This document shows positions 12,768 through 25,019 of a stretch of DNA of 64,000 bases, one piece after another. Source of the stretch: Phoronis australis (Eukaryota > Animalia > Phoronida). The stretch is from positions 1,081,658 to 1,145,657 of the forward strand of contig NMRA01000058.1 of the NCBI GenBank assembly GCA_002633005.1, written 5' to 3'. The notes beneath the pieces are model-generated. The model saw only the letters and a program-made list of their open reading frames with translations. It was not told the origin of the DNA and made no database searches. Numbering within the stretch: the first letter of the stretch is position 1; each line of letters starts with the position of its first letter. Position numbers and translations under genes: made by a program.

Positions 12768-14449
12768 AGCTGAAGTACCAGGCATCACCGGGAAACTACT
12801 TTAATACTTGCACCCATGTTTCTGTGGTCAATTACGGATTGTACTGAAACCCCCTCGACCCACGACCTGTGGCAATAGAGGTATCTGAGCGCTTTTTACA
12901 TATTTCATAATCTTATTGCGTCGCTGGGCGACTTTCCCATAAGACACACCTACAAGCAAGTCTAATCTGGCTGAAGTCTGGTGATTGAAAGCAGAAAGTA
13001 GCATGAGAACTTCGGTGGTCTTGAATAGCGCATTATGAGCGCGCTATCGTCCTCCCTACATTGCGGAAGTCAACGTAACGCGCAGCACAGTTCCACGAGC
13101 GGCTATCAAAGGCACAGTTCTAATAAATTTAGGGAGAGAATACGTTAACGTGAATGTACATAATTTCATATTATTATTATTTGCTTTATATTCCATACTC
13201 GTTTACAATATACTTCATATAACGTTGAGCTACTTTTTATTTAACAGTTTGTTTTTTCAAACTGTATTCACTGGTGAAATTACAGTTTTGTCGGTTCCTC
13301 GCACTCTGCAATTCACTTATTCATATCGAGTCGAGCTTGTGTAGACTTGGTCGACAGGGTTCTGGGTCGTGGGTCGCGGGGGTCGAGGGTCGTGGGTTGT
13401 GGGCCAAGAGGGCTGTGGGTCGAGGGGGTCGTGGGTCTAGGGGTGTGGGGGTCGAGGGGGTTTCAGAACAATCCGTTAATTACTTTAATGAAATCTGTTT
13501 GCAAGTTGTTGCTTGATAATTTTGCATAAATCGTGCAAATAAAGGCCATGTATGGTTGAACCAGGGAGTCGGTGATGAACAATAAGTTTTGTCAGAATTC
13601 AAGCAAAGACTGAGAGATGTTTTAACTTCCAAAGTTTGTTAGAAGAAATACGAACTGTGTACAGAGTCCATTCATTAGCAATCAGTCATGTGACGAAATG
13701 TGAAAACAAACCCACAAGAACTATATCCAGATGAGTTTGGATGGAAGAAAGATGTCATAAACAAATCTATCTCACCAACTACGATTCCTAACGATGTTCA
13801 TCTTCACCCTCCCATTGCATACTGGAGATGATAAATCGTGGTTGCAACGGTCCGATTGCATGTACTTCAGTAAGATAGCTGCAGGGTCAATTGTCTATCG
13901 TGCATAATATTTTGGGCATGTCACACAGTGGTTTGCTCATGTTCAGTGTCTTGAATTGGCATTTGAAAAATCTTTTCCTACTCCGTTAGGCTATTGTTCC
14001 GGTCATTTACTAGATCTACATTGGGTGTCTGAAAAAACTGGAATTGAAATGATTGTAATAAACTACAAATTATTTCAATTCATGATGTAATGACATATTT
14101 TATTAAATTCATTAACCACGAAAGCATCAGTACAAATTCCCAAATAATTTACATGTAGTGCTCTCGTAAGAAAGTTATAAGCAAAAACAAAATTTTTAAT
14201 AATGATCACCTTTATTTACATAAGTTAAGCAAATTTATCATGCAACAACTTGCAAACCGATTTCATTAAACTAATTGACCTTCGGAACATGTGTGCAAAA
14301 ATCCTGATACCTTGTAGTGCTTGGTACCGCAGCTGTAAGCACAGGTACAAGTTTGAAGTGAGCGAATACGAAATCATAACAAAAATGTCCTGACCAGGGC
14401 CCCAAAGGGCAAAATCAGCCCTAGGCTGGTAGTTGGCAAATACCATCTA
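12768..14449 (+). mobile_element. Degenerate Academ element: C-terminal transposase relic plus subterminal repeats
   Basis: 13620-13950 reads, with frameshifts, PQELYPDEFGWKKDVINKSISPTTIP..ILEMINRGC..CLSCIIFWAC, like Academ Cys-rich C-termini. The right end ..GCAAATACCATCTA is a TAG terminus. Confidence 0.65.
12835..13475. mobile_element. CGG-ended MITE with TTA target duplication, nested in an Academ subterminal repeat
   Basis: TTA|CGGATTGTACTGAAACCCCCTCGACCC ... GGGTCGAGGGGGTTTCAGAACAATCCG|TTA. The joined flanks resemble the uninterrupted motif at about 34190-34230. Confidence 0.85.
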
Positions 14450-14818
14450 AAACTCTTCTTTTTCTCTACTGTTCCTAACCCCCCGCCCAACGCCTATGCC
14501 GGTGACCACAACGGTTTCACTTACTTACTTGTAAATTATCGGAAAGGGCAAGTACCTGTCCGCTGACTGTTAGTGGTTTGGGCGCTGCCCCTAACATCAC
14601 CCCCATAACACCAATAGGGGAGGCGCTCGCCGCCCTCCCTGTCTCTGCTTCCTACACCTACGGTAGACTTTTCAATTTATACTTGATTTTAATGTGGGGT
14701 TAGAGCCGCTTTAGTATGAAACGGTCACCTCTTCTAAACAACACGGCGAAGTCAGTTGCATAAATTAAGGGCGTTCTGCTATTGCTATAGATGTTCAACT
14801 TTTTAGCGTCCAACTTAC

Positions 14819-15048
14819 CTGCTCAACTACAAAAATCTTATAGTGACGTTTCTGTTTTTGTAAGAATGGATGAAGATGATCCAGCAGCTGGACTAAATGA
14901 GCTTCTCTGTCACGGTACGATATAATAATAGCCAGTTTTTGTAATGATTTACAGTCAGTGGGAAACCACTCTCCTCCCATTTTCACCTCTGGGTTATTGG
15001 CCACCGCAACATTCATATCTGTGCACTTTATTATGGATACTGCTCCAA
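14819..15048 (-). CDS. GT7 gene A exon 2 (Glyco_transf_7N)
   Basis: LGAVSIIKCTDMNVAVANNPEVKMGGEWFPTDCKSLQKLAIIISYRDREAHL...HPFLQKQKRHYKIFVVEQ matches B4GALT NPxVxxGGxxxPxxC..AIIIPFRNR. Flanked by ttgcAG and GTAAGT; phase matches exon 1. Confidence 0.95.
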
Positions 15049-16513
15049 CTGCAATTAAAAGTACTGATCGCAAAATGTGCATAACACGTATGTTTCATCA
15101 GCGATTTAACCATCAAAGTTCCATCGGTTCAATATTCGTGAAAATCTTACCATATTAGCTACTGCAAAAAGTATTGGTTAGCCACATCAAGACAATTATT
15201 TAGAAAATTGCTAGCTTACACCTTTAACTTAAACTATAACACCGTTTTATAGAAAAAGGACGAAGCTTCAAGTTTGTTTGATAATTTTCGTGAACGAACG
15301 CGTACCGTTGAAAGGTGCCTCCTACTGCACCACTGCTTCAGTGGGTGTTTACTAGTATCATGATATGGTCACGAGATGGGGCAGAATTCGTCGAACCCTT
15401 CCCGAAATGGTAAGGCGTCGTCGACTCCCTAATAGAAATCTATTTGGTATATTTTCCCCAAAATCCGTATAGGAATTACAAAGAGATCAAATTGCATCTA
15501 GGAAATACATCAGTCGGATCTGCTTACTTGTTGTCAAGTTTACTGGAATATACTCGCAACAATTCACAAAGATCCTGCAAGGTGTGTAGAGGATACAGTC
15601 GCATATGAAATAAGCAACCACGGGGCATCGTAGTAGTCAAGACCGTCTGCCTTCAACATCAGTCGTGCTCTTGTCAGTAAGAACACATCTGTCAATTTTC
15701 TCAACGATCCTCATAGCACGAACTTGAAAATAATAAAAATGGCCACTAGGTGGCGCAGCATACACCGAGTCCGTCCCAAAACTGAGAAGGTACTGTCGTC
15801 TCCATCATAGAAGAATATTTGTCAAATTATATCAAAATCGTCACGGCAAACGTAATAAAAAAACGAAAATTGTGATTAGGGGGACATAGCGGTAGTCAAA
15901 TAGGTCCGAAACTCGTCTTCATCCGTCGTCAGATTCATTAGGAGCACACCTGTCAAATTTCCAAACTCCTGATTATGAAGTTAAGGAGATACCACCGCGG
16001 ACACAAAATCACCACGGGGCGCGCCACATTAGTCAGACACATTAGAAAATTAAGGTCAGCCACTATGGTCTTCCTTATCGATAACACATCAGCCAATTTT
16101 CACAATGATTCTTTGAACGGTTTGCCGGACAGAGATGCTGACGTCAAAAACGAACTCAGAGAACAAATTGGTCACTAGGGGGTGCACATTATGTCACATC
16201 TGTTCGAAAATAGAAACTCATGAGCCAAAATTCATGAAAATCTATCCAGCAACTCTGGTGATATATATGCAAAGGTAAGTGAATAAGCTTGACATTATGG
16301 GGCAAAGTGGTAGTCGGATCTATCCGTTACTAGTCGCCGTAGGTCGCCAGCTTTACAGGAACAGTTACGCCGAACCTTATTGATATCCTGCAAGGGGCAT
16401 AGGAGATATAGCAGTGGACACCGGACGCAGGACGCCCAGACATAGGTGACAGTAATAGGCATCAACATATGTCACTGGTAATAATAACGCAGTTACTTCA
16501 CTAAACCACTTAC

Positions 16514-16760
16514 GAAGTGTCTGAGGACGTTTTGGACACATTTCTAATACTTTGATTGTCGTTTGTGTTTGCATTGTTGTATTTTCGAAAGATGATGTCG
16601 TGGAGTAACCCGCAAGTACTTCTTGAGCGGCAATGTCTCTTGTTTTCCCCTTTCTCATATCGTTCCCAAGAAACACGAGGTTGCTCATCAAGATAGTACA
16701 GCCAAGACATGGAAGGATCATTAAGAAGGTCTTTCGTTTCATAGCGGCACTCCGCACCAT
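16514..16760 (-). CDS. GT7 gene A (beta-1,4-galactosyltransferase/bre-4-like), coding exon 1: cytoplasmic tail, TM signal anchor, stem
   Basis: MVRSAAMKRKTFLMILPCLGCTILMSNLVFLG...MCPKRPQTL: basic residues then a hydrophobic stretch (type II Golgi topology), ending in the conserved CP of GT7. Acceptor ttttgctttttactcattgtAG precedes 16762; donor C|GTAAGT at 16513. Start may be ATG 16760 or 16742. Confidence 0.8.
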
Positions 16761-17018
16761 GCCTACAATGAGTAAAAAGCAAAACCACCAGTGCCGTGGT
16801 AATTCGGTATACAAAAATTTCGTCTGTCTTAAACCACCGTCTCTTGGCGAATATATGCCAATTCGACATACCTTCTGCTTGTACATTTTGTAATCAAGCT
16901 CCAGAGAGTTTGATGCACTTATCTGTACATTCTTAGAGCACAGGAACTTTCTGGGAAGATATTTTTGAATCTTAATTCAGTGATGAAGCAATAGTGAACG
17001 CTAATTTTCTTTTTGGAA

Positions 17019-20000
17019 TTAAGGTTATCTCAAACTTATTGGCCATTTTTACAATATTTTACATGTGTCTTATCTTCATTCTCAGGGAACTTCAAATACA
17101 AACTATATACCGTTCATAGAGAAGAGAACATTTAGCAGAACCACCTTGGAACCGCACAGCCGCGTGGATATTTGTTTACTACTTTTCCGAGGTCAAATGC
17201 TACAGGGCGGTCAATCAAATCCAATCTCCGCCAGGTACGGAACAGCTTCGTATGTAACCTCCGACCTTTCATTCACCGAGTTGCCATAATAGAGTCAACG
17301 AGGTGTACTCATAATAGAACGGTGCTGGGGAAAACAAAGACAAAACGTAGTTTTGATCCCGAGGGAGTTGTGCGTCTATATGCATACGACCATTGAGAAC
17401 GAATGCTATGAGTCGCCTCACGACTTTGTGATCATGAACACAGCAATAGTCCAGGCCCTTAACCCGAAAACATTTACACGTCGAATTAAAGCACCAAATT
17501 TGGCACACTGGTACTTTTTGACATGTTGAATCTCATGGGGGTCGGTTGCCCAAATTTTGAGGTCAAGGTCAAGATCAAATCTCAAAAAACAAAATGGCCA
17601 CCCAGTAACACAATCTATGGTTGCTTGAGAGATGATCACACATTTTAAGGCTAGGTAACAGTACTTTATTAACTAGAAATCTATCATAATGACATCTCAA
17701 TATCTTTTTCTCATAATATTAAGACCCCCCATTTGCATAATTCCAATATGGCCGCCAAAATTAAACCAACCAACTGCAATTTTAACAAAATCATATATTT
17801 TGATCTGGTGCAAGACTAATAATACAACAACAAATAGGATATCTTACCAAAAATTTGTTAGATTTATCATTAATTTGTACAATTATTATGAAAATTCAGT
17901 TGATGTTATGATAAAGAGCCCAATATATGCATAGAACTTGACAGACTACCAAAAACACAGAGGCCAGCTTTCAAAAATGTCGTTAGTATGCTTCTTCTAG
18001 CTCCTGTCTACATATAATCCGATTGTCATCTGCTTATGATATCAACACAATAAAACAGATTAATCTCAAATTGTCATTGCAGACCACAGAATTCAATTAA
18101 CATTATCATCTGTTCCTTTGGTCCATAACAAACCATGTTACTGACATGTTCCCCGGTATTTGCTAAGTGTTGTGCATGCTAAGGAATTGCTTTTAATTTA
18201 TATCTCTTGCCCCATATTTGTATGCTCTTGCAACCATGAGCTGCTGGCCAGCTTTGGAGATTTCAGGCATGTCTATCCAGTAAGGCGTCCATTGTTGGCC
18301 CTTGTCACTCTGCCATGCAAATCTCTATGGACTTGGTTTCCCGTGGATGCGCATCCAACTGCCAGCTTGGTACAAGCATTTGTTAACTTGCTTTATCAGA
18401 GGAGATTGGGTAGGCGATAATTTGGCATGATCTGAACTTTTTGTTGGAAAAGCTCCTTTCATTATTGGTTGGGACTTTTCAATTACGACTGTTTGCTTAT
18501 AGTTGTCATACTGCTGTTTTCCAGTCACTTCGATAGTCTGAAGACTTGTAGAGTATCTAACGTCATAAGTTCATAACCATGGTCAAGGAAAGGGTTTCCC
18601 TTTAGTTTACATCACACAAACTTTTCACATGGTTTTTAAAGTTGTTCTGGAAGGATAGAATGTCTTTTGGTGTTTTTTTCCTCGTTATTGTCTTCAAAAT
18701 GATTGACAATCAAACTCAGTCAGCAACCTGGCTATAGCTCGGACCCAAACACCATTCACTCTGTCAAAGCGTTTGGATTTTTAGTTAATCCAATAGCCCC
18801 ACCACTGTCTTGGACTAAGGCTTCACTTTCTTCATCCGCCTAGTCAATTGCAACAGCACAGAATCTGTGCCGTGTATTTGAAAACATCCATCAGATGCTG
18901 TCGTACGTTAAGTGGTATAGCTCTCACGTCTTGGATGTGGAGTGAGACCCATCTTGCATAATTTTGAAGGTCAAGAGCAAAGAAATAGGACACAAGAGAT
19001 TCAAAGACATCTATGCACACCGACAAGTTGCATTCACCATGAGCAATGACGAACATCAAGATCAGTAACTGGACATGTAAGATAACATTCCAAAACTCAA
19101 ATTTTGGAATTCTCATTGAGCTATCACTTTTCCTGCTGGAGACTCTTCGTTCCAAAACAGCACCTTCATTTTTCACAATAAGAAATGGTTCTTCCTGTAG
19201 CTTTGCCAGAGACAGAGCTGTCACCTGATGTGCATGTCTTGTTCGAGTCAAATGTGAGGCTTGAAGAAAAGAATCAGCTCTACCAGCTGTAGCCACTGAA
19301 GCCTCCTGAAGCAGGCGGTACGAATACGTCATAGTGAAATAACGAGAGCTGACGTATTGTTCCAGCTCAGGTAACCATCCGTCTTCGAAACATTTCTATT
19401 AATAGTGCCTATGGCCTGTTACTGAGAAAATCTACATTGTCTCAATTGCTTTCAGGATGGTGGATAACGTTTTAGAACAATAAATTGTCGGGCAATTACA
19501 AGTGGTGAATCTGGAGTAAGGCATTGCTCAAACAACTTGACCTTGGGAACAAGGTACTGCGGAATTAAAGCGTAATTTTTGTAGGTATTATTTATTGGAA
19601 TAGGTTTCTTAGAAAATTGGTCTCTTAATTAGGTCTTATTAAACAACTTACATTGTAGGCTATTTATGCGAATAGCTACTGTAATGATTTAAACAGGAAA
19701 CTCCTGCTCCTGTCTTCAGATGTGCTGAAGCCAACCAAAAGTATTATCTCCAATCAGTTAAAACAATTTAGGATATATATTAATATACATAATCAAAAAA
19801 AGTACATACCTAAGTTAGAAAATCTCATTCAAATAATATTAGACGAACAATGAACTCGAGGTCAACATTATGCAAGTCTCAGAGCTGATGTCACCTGTTT
19901 GGGTACTGTTGTCCGAATGAGCAGAGGTCAGCTTCAGCTGTTAGACAATATGTCACCACAAACAATTAGATGGACGCAATTAATAATAAGCATTTGTTTA

Positions 20001-21753
20001 TACAACACGTTCCTCAAGACAATTAATTATGCCTGGATCTGTTTTAAAATATAGTGCAACAAGGAATTCACCTCATTGGGATACGAGTAAAACCTGGTGA
20101 TTTTGTTGTTATTTCATCCTTCTGGTGAACCTTAAATTACCTGAATTACCTTAATTGGTTTAACTTATGTCACCATCAAGTTCAATCTAGAATGTAAACA
20201 CATTAATTAACAAAGTAACCTTTAGCTATGATCAAATTAAAAATGATGATAAAAGTTTCAGCAATTGTTCATTGAAAAATTAGAAAGATGTCCGATTTCC
20301 TTTAATTACAGAGACGATTTGTTACATATTTAATTATAAATATTTTGACAAAGACATTTAAAAATGAAATTCTGTAAAAGGTTAAACATTCTAGAGTTGA
20401 CTTAATGCATATTCATACTAGTTTGACAGTGTTTCTCAGCTAGAGAAAACAAGTAGACTTAATTTCCATTGAAAATATAAATGGTCTATTAATTATGATA
20501 ATTACCATCTTAAGTGTCAGGAAATTACTTTTATGCTTTTAACTTGTTTTTAGAAGTTATAAACATTAATTTGAAATCAAAAATAAGGTATCTTGCTTAT
20601 CACCTGAAACAGCAATGAAGCAGATACTTTGTGTCAAGTCATTAAAAAATACCCACGTGACCTGTGACCTTGATTTGACCTTGATCTTTATCCCAAATTT
20701 CGGGCAACCGACCCTTATGAGATTCAGCGTATCCCAAAGTATCTGTGTACTAACTTTGGTGCTTTAATCCGGGGTGTAAATGTTTTGGGGGTTTTTGGCT
20801 GCTAAGGGACCGGACTACAAGTCGTGAAAAGAGATAAATCGATCCCCACCCAAATTTCTTAATTCAATAACTAAATTGACAGTTCGCTGTTTCGGTCTCA
20901 TGCTAACGACATGCTTTAATCACCGACTCGATTTTTGTTATCAATTTCTTACTCGGTTTCGTATCAGTCCCCCAGCACGTGATGTTAATAACAATGAGGT
21001 GTGACCTACTTTTCAGTAGGTCCCACCTCGTAGCTGGGGACGGTACGTTTTAGTGATAATTAAGTTAATTACGCACTGAAAATTCAGTTAACATTGCGAG
21101 TGAATGTTTAAATGGCAAACATGGTTAAGGCATGTATAGGTTATATTTACCGAAAACACGTTTTTACCGAATAATTAACCGAAGACTGAGATTTTCACTC
21201 GTCCTAGTTTAATCGGCCTTTTCTCGGCTTCGGCAAATCGACTTTATCTGAATTTAGAAGCACGAGTTCTCAAAGACGGCTTGGTGGAATTCTCCAAAAC
21301 TTTCCAAACTTAATATTCATACATCAGTCTCAAAAATGGTGTTCGTATTTTTGATAAAAAAGCCTAGATTTTACGCAATGTAACAAAGACGAATACAACT
21401 TCTATTTTTTACAAGAATTCTTTACATTTTGCGATTTGATTTGTCATAGAAAGCAAACGAAAGGACTAATCAAAAATTCATAATAGACTTTTTTTAGGTA
21501 ACTGGAGAAGTTTTCATTTAAAAATGTTTCATTAAAATAGACGGAGGGGTTATTTTGCTATGAATGTACCATGCTTAAAAATGAAATTTTGATTTAAAGA
21601 GGTGTTAACGTAATATTAATAATGGTACATGAATACTAAACATAATTGTTATTCCCTTGCAGAAAATATCTACTTTTACTAGTTGACAAAACTTAGTATT
21701 TTGATATACGAGATTTAATGGAGGCCAGTAAATTGGGTTTGAGATAACTTTAA
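17019..21753. mobile_element. TTAA-flanked (Kolobok-like) non-autonomous element that hosts the Academ insertion
   Basis: TTAA|GGTTATCTCAAAC at 17019 and GTTTGAGATAACT|TTAA ending at 21753. Confidence 0.6.
17447..20817 (-). mobile_element. Academ DNA transposon, both ends intact, internally deleted/degenerate transposase
   Basis: About 130-bp imperfect TIRs starting TAGTCC; 3-bp TSD CAA on both sides. Minus-strand relic reads ADSFLQASHLTRTRHAHQVTA, FFALDLQNYARWVSLHIQD, SGGAIGLTKNP and GNPF, with stops and frameshifts (about 18150-19330). Confidence 0.9.
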
Positions 21754-23479
21754 CAATACATATTCATCAACAACTTAATTTTGATTCTAGCGAAATATCA
21801 CATATACTGTCAAACATTGGGGGCACTATATCATCAATTAATGCTTCTGCGAATACTTTAAAACAGTATTATCTCACAAAAAATAAATTTGAAAAAGTAG
21901 ACAGTTTAATAGTGTTAGAAATGGATGGTTAAATGTGATCATGTTATTGAAAATTAAGCGACCGTTGAGTGATTGCGTGTGTGTGTGTGTTTTCATTGTG
22001 ATTTACATTGTATAATTACTAATTGGTAACAAATAAAAAAGTCGATATACCTGCCAATTTCATCGGGTGACCTAAAGTGTATATGTCTCAAAATTTCAAT
22101 ACTACAAACTAGGCTTTACGTGAATATTTTAAAAAATAGCACCAAGAAAACACTAACATTAACTGTAAACGCGTGTTTCGATATCACGTTCAGCTAGATG
22201 TCGCATTGTCTGGATAACTAAGAGTACAACGACTTTGACAAAGAATTGAAAAATGGCCCTCATTCTAGCTTTCTCCAACACATTTTCAATTTATGCAACA
22301 GATTCTACGTAACTCTAAACGTCGGCAGACCTTGATCGTTGGCAAGCAAAAGTGTATATTTGCAGATTCAAAGAGATGCAGTACCTCTTTAACCGGATGC
22401 TCAGTTGTCTTGAGTGGTGTGTAGGTCTATGGTTTGACTCCTTACCTTTACGAGATTTTGTTCCCACGAGTCCTGACTGAGTGTGCTCCGAAATTTCCGT
22501 GATAGCTTCCCTTCAGCTAAGGAATTGGCTCTAGTATCAATGAAAGGGTGGGAAATAGCAAATGTTACAGGAGCTAGAATATAATCTTAAAATATGGGCG
22601 ATATTAAATTGGACAGGTGAACAAACACTTCAGTTTGAAAAAGTAATTATAAAATCGTTAGGATAATAAGGACAATATACTGTGTACATATTGGCATTAT
22701 TACTGTAAGCAAATCATGATACGGCAACCGCTTTAACACCAAATAAAACTGAACACGAAATGAGAGCCACATTTTCGGAAGAACGATTTTAATGCAAAGC
22801 GATCTTTAAAAACTTTAACTATTGAAAAAAACGTGGTAAGATACTCTATATTAGCTCTTAAATATAAGTCAAACAATTAAGTACATTATAAATTGTGATA
22901 AAAGTACTTTTGCAATTCAGCCACTGTTTAATTAATCCACTTTCCTTATGCAAGAACCTAAATCTTATATGTATCTTGATAATACATCTTGGCCTTACCA
23001 GAGAATTTGAGGTATTGCTTTGTCGTTATTTCCGCTACCTACTGCATTGCTTTAATAACGCGCCAAAGTATGAATTACCCGTCACGCGAATTAACAGTGC
23101 TGTCAGAAACGCTCGGCTCACCTTCTAAAGCCTTATATGCCTATAACGTTATTAATACCTGCTTAAATGTTATCCACCTTGACACACCTATCAACGAACA
23201 AATGTAGTTTACACGTCAACGTCATTGTTTTCACGCATTCAAAGAAATAACAGTCGTGCCACTGTCTTGGGGAACAGGTGGCTGGAGAGCATATTATTTC
23301 CATTTGTCTAGGAAGCTAATATAAAATAATTATACTGCTACGAACAGGCTGAGCCGTAGCTGAACTACCGGTGAGAGGTGCGTTTATACACGCCACATAC
23401 TGTGAATTACGGATTTGAAAAAATCTTGAAACTCAACGACCTGCCGTTAACTCAAAATGCGCGCTGTTTATGCTTTTAA

Positions 23480-24276
23480 TGTTTACAGTGTGTTGGCATG
23501 TGACGGCTAAACATGTCAAGTTTATTTTCTTCTGGTAACCTGCAAAGGTTACAAGATTATGCATCAACAAAAGTCGACTGGTTCATAACCGATTTTTGAG
23601 AATTTATAAGCTAAACTAGTGAAGAAATGCTGATTTCAAAGTGTACAAAGTGATTTTGCCAATCTGTAAAAACCCTCTGAGAAAAACAAATATGATCTCA
23701 ACAGTTTGCCTGTAGCTAGCGACATATCAGCTACCGTGTACCCTGACCCTGATAATAATGTGCTTGACGAGATTGTTTTTCCATCTGATCTGGTTAAACT
23801 ACATGTATTTGTAAGGTCAACTACAAACAATACAAGAAGAAACATCGGAACTTGTGGAATCTTGGTTGATAAATCTANTGTTTACAGTGTGTTGGCACGT
23901 GACGGCTAAACATGTCAAGTTTATTTTCTTCTGGTAACATGCAAAGGTTACAAGATTATGCATCAACAAAAGTCGACCGGTTCATAACCGATTTTTGAGA
24001 ATTTATAAGCTAAACTAGTGAAGAAATGCTGATTTCAAAGTGTACAAAGTGATTTTGCCAATCTGTAAAAACCCTCTGAGAAAAACAAATATGATCTCAA
24101 CAGTTTGCCTGTAGCTAGCGACATATCAGCTACCGTATACCCTGACCCTGATAATAATGTGCTTGACGAGATTGTTTTTACATCTGATCTGTTTAAACTA
24201 CATGAATTTGTAAGGTAAACTACAAACAACACAAGAAGAAACATCGGAACTTGTGGAATCTTGGTTGATAAATCTA
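23480..24276. repeat. 399-bp-period near-identical tandem duplication joined by a single N (probable assembly artefact)
   Basis: Units 23480-23877 and 23879-24276 differ by a few substitutions; n at 23878. Confidence 0.9.
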
Positions 24277-24289
24277 ACAATTGAACGTA

Positions 24290-24745
24290 TGAGATAAACC
24301 ACTTGCTAATCCCAAAACGAGTGGAACATCAAACTCTTGCACAGTAGAAGACGAGGAAACGGTACTTGAGTATCAAGACCAGTAAAATCTCACCACATTG
24401 GGATGGATTCACACTCATTCTACCCAGATGCCTTTCCTGGCTAGTGTTGATTTACATAGCCAATGTGCATACCAGCTACCTGAAGCAACTGCCATCGTTC
24501 AGTCGCAAAGCAAAGAAGACTGGCTTCTACCATCTGACTCCAAACAATGAGACTCATCACCAAATGTCACCAAAAGGGATTCTATCCACATTACTCAAAC
24601 GCAGACCTGTTTGAAGAAGTAAGCCAATCGTCATGCACTATACTTGGAGACCCCCGGCATGAATGACGGACAACAACCCAATACAGGCAGAACTCCATGC
24701 ACGACAGAGGACAGTTCTTGACAAAAAGACGTTAAGTCTTTCTTC
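24290..24745 (+). mobile_element. Possible very old LTR-retrotransposon integrase C-terminal relic
   Basis: Fragmentary [22 protein letters not shown] resembles the W.PA.V....PRSY.V...RRNR tail of Gypsy-type pol; weak. Confidence 0.25.
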
Positions 24746-25019
24746 CTATCTAGTTGGTACTCATTGCAGTTATATCCATAGTGTGGTTATCTGTAATATG
24801 ATGATATATGGCCCTGGTAGGAACTATCCAGCAATTTTGCTATGACTACATCTCTCTTAGCATTTTGAATAAGTGACGTCATATCGAAAGGGCACCATTT
24901 GGGAATAATACCTGCGTTTCAATGAAGCTGGTTTGCGTTAAAATTAATCTTGTAGATTTTAAAAACTAGTTGAAAAACGCTGGAAAACCATTGGAACACA
25001 TTGTCCGACACTCAATAAG

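Noticed and set aside
16377-16886. 169-aa single-exon membrane protein from the ORF track
   Set aside because: Only 16514-16760 fits GT7 exon 1; the remainder lies outside canonical splice sites.
18844-19332. Active or domesticated transposase gene
   Set aside because: Surrounding Academ motifs contain stops and frameshifts and large parts of the ORF are missing.
23480-24276. 399-bp tandem duplication with twin ORFs as a real recent duplication
   Set aside because: A single N sits exactly at the junction and the copies differ at allele-like levels, typical of overlapping haplotype contigs. Read depth or long reads would decide.
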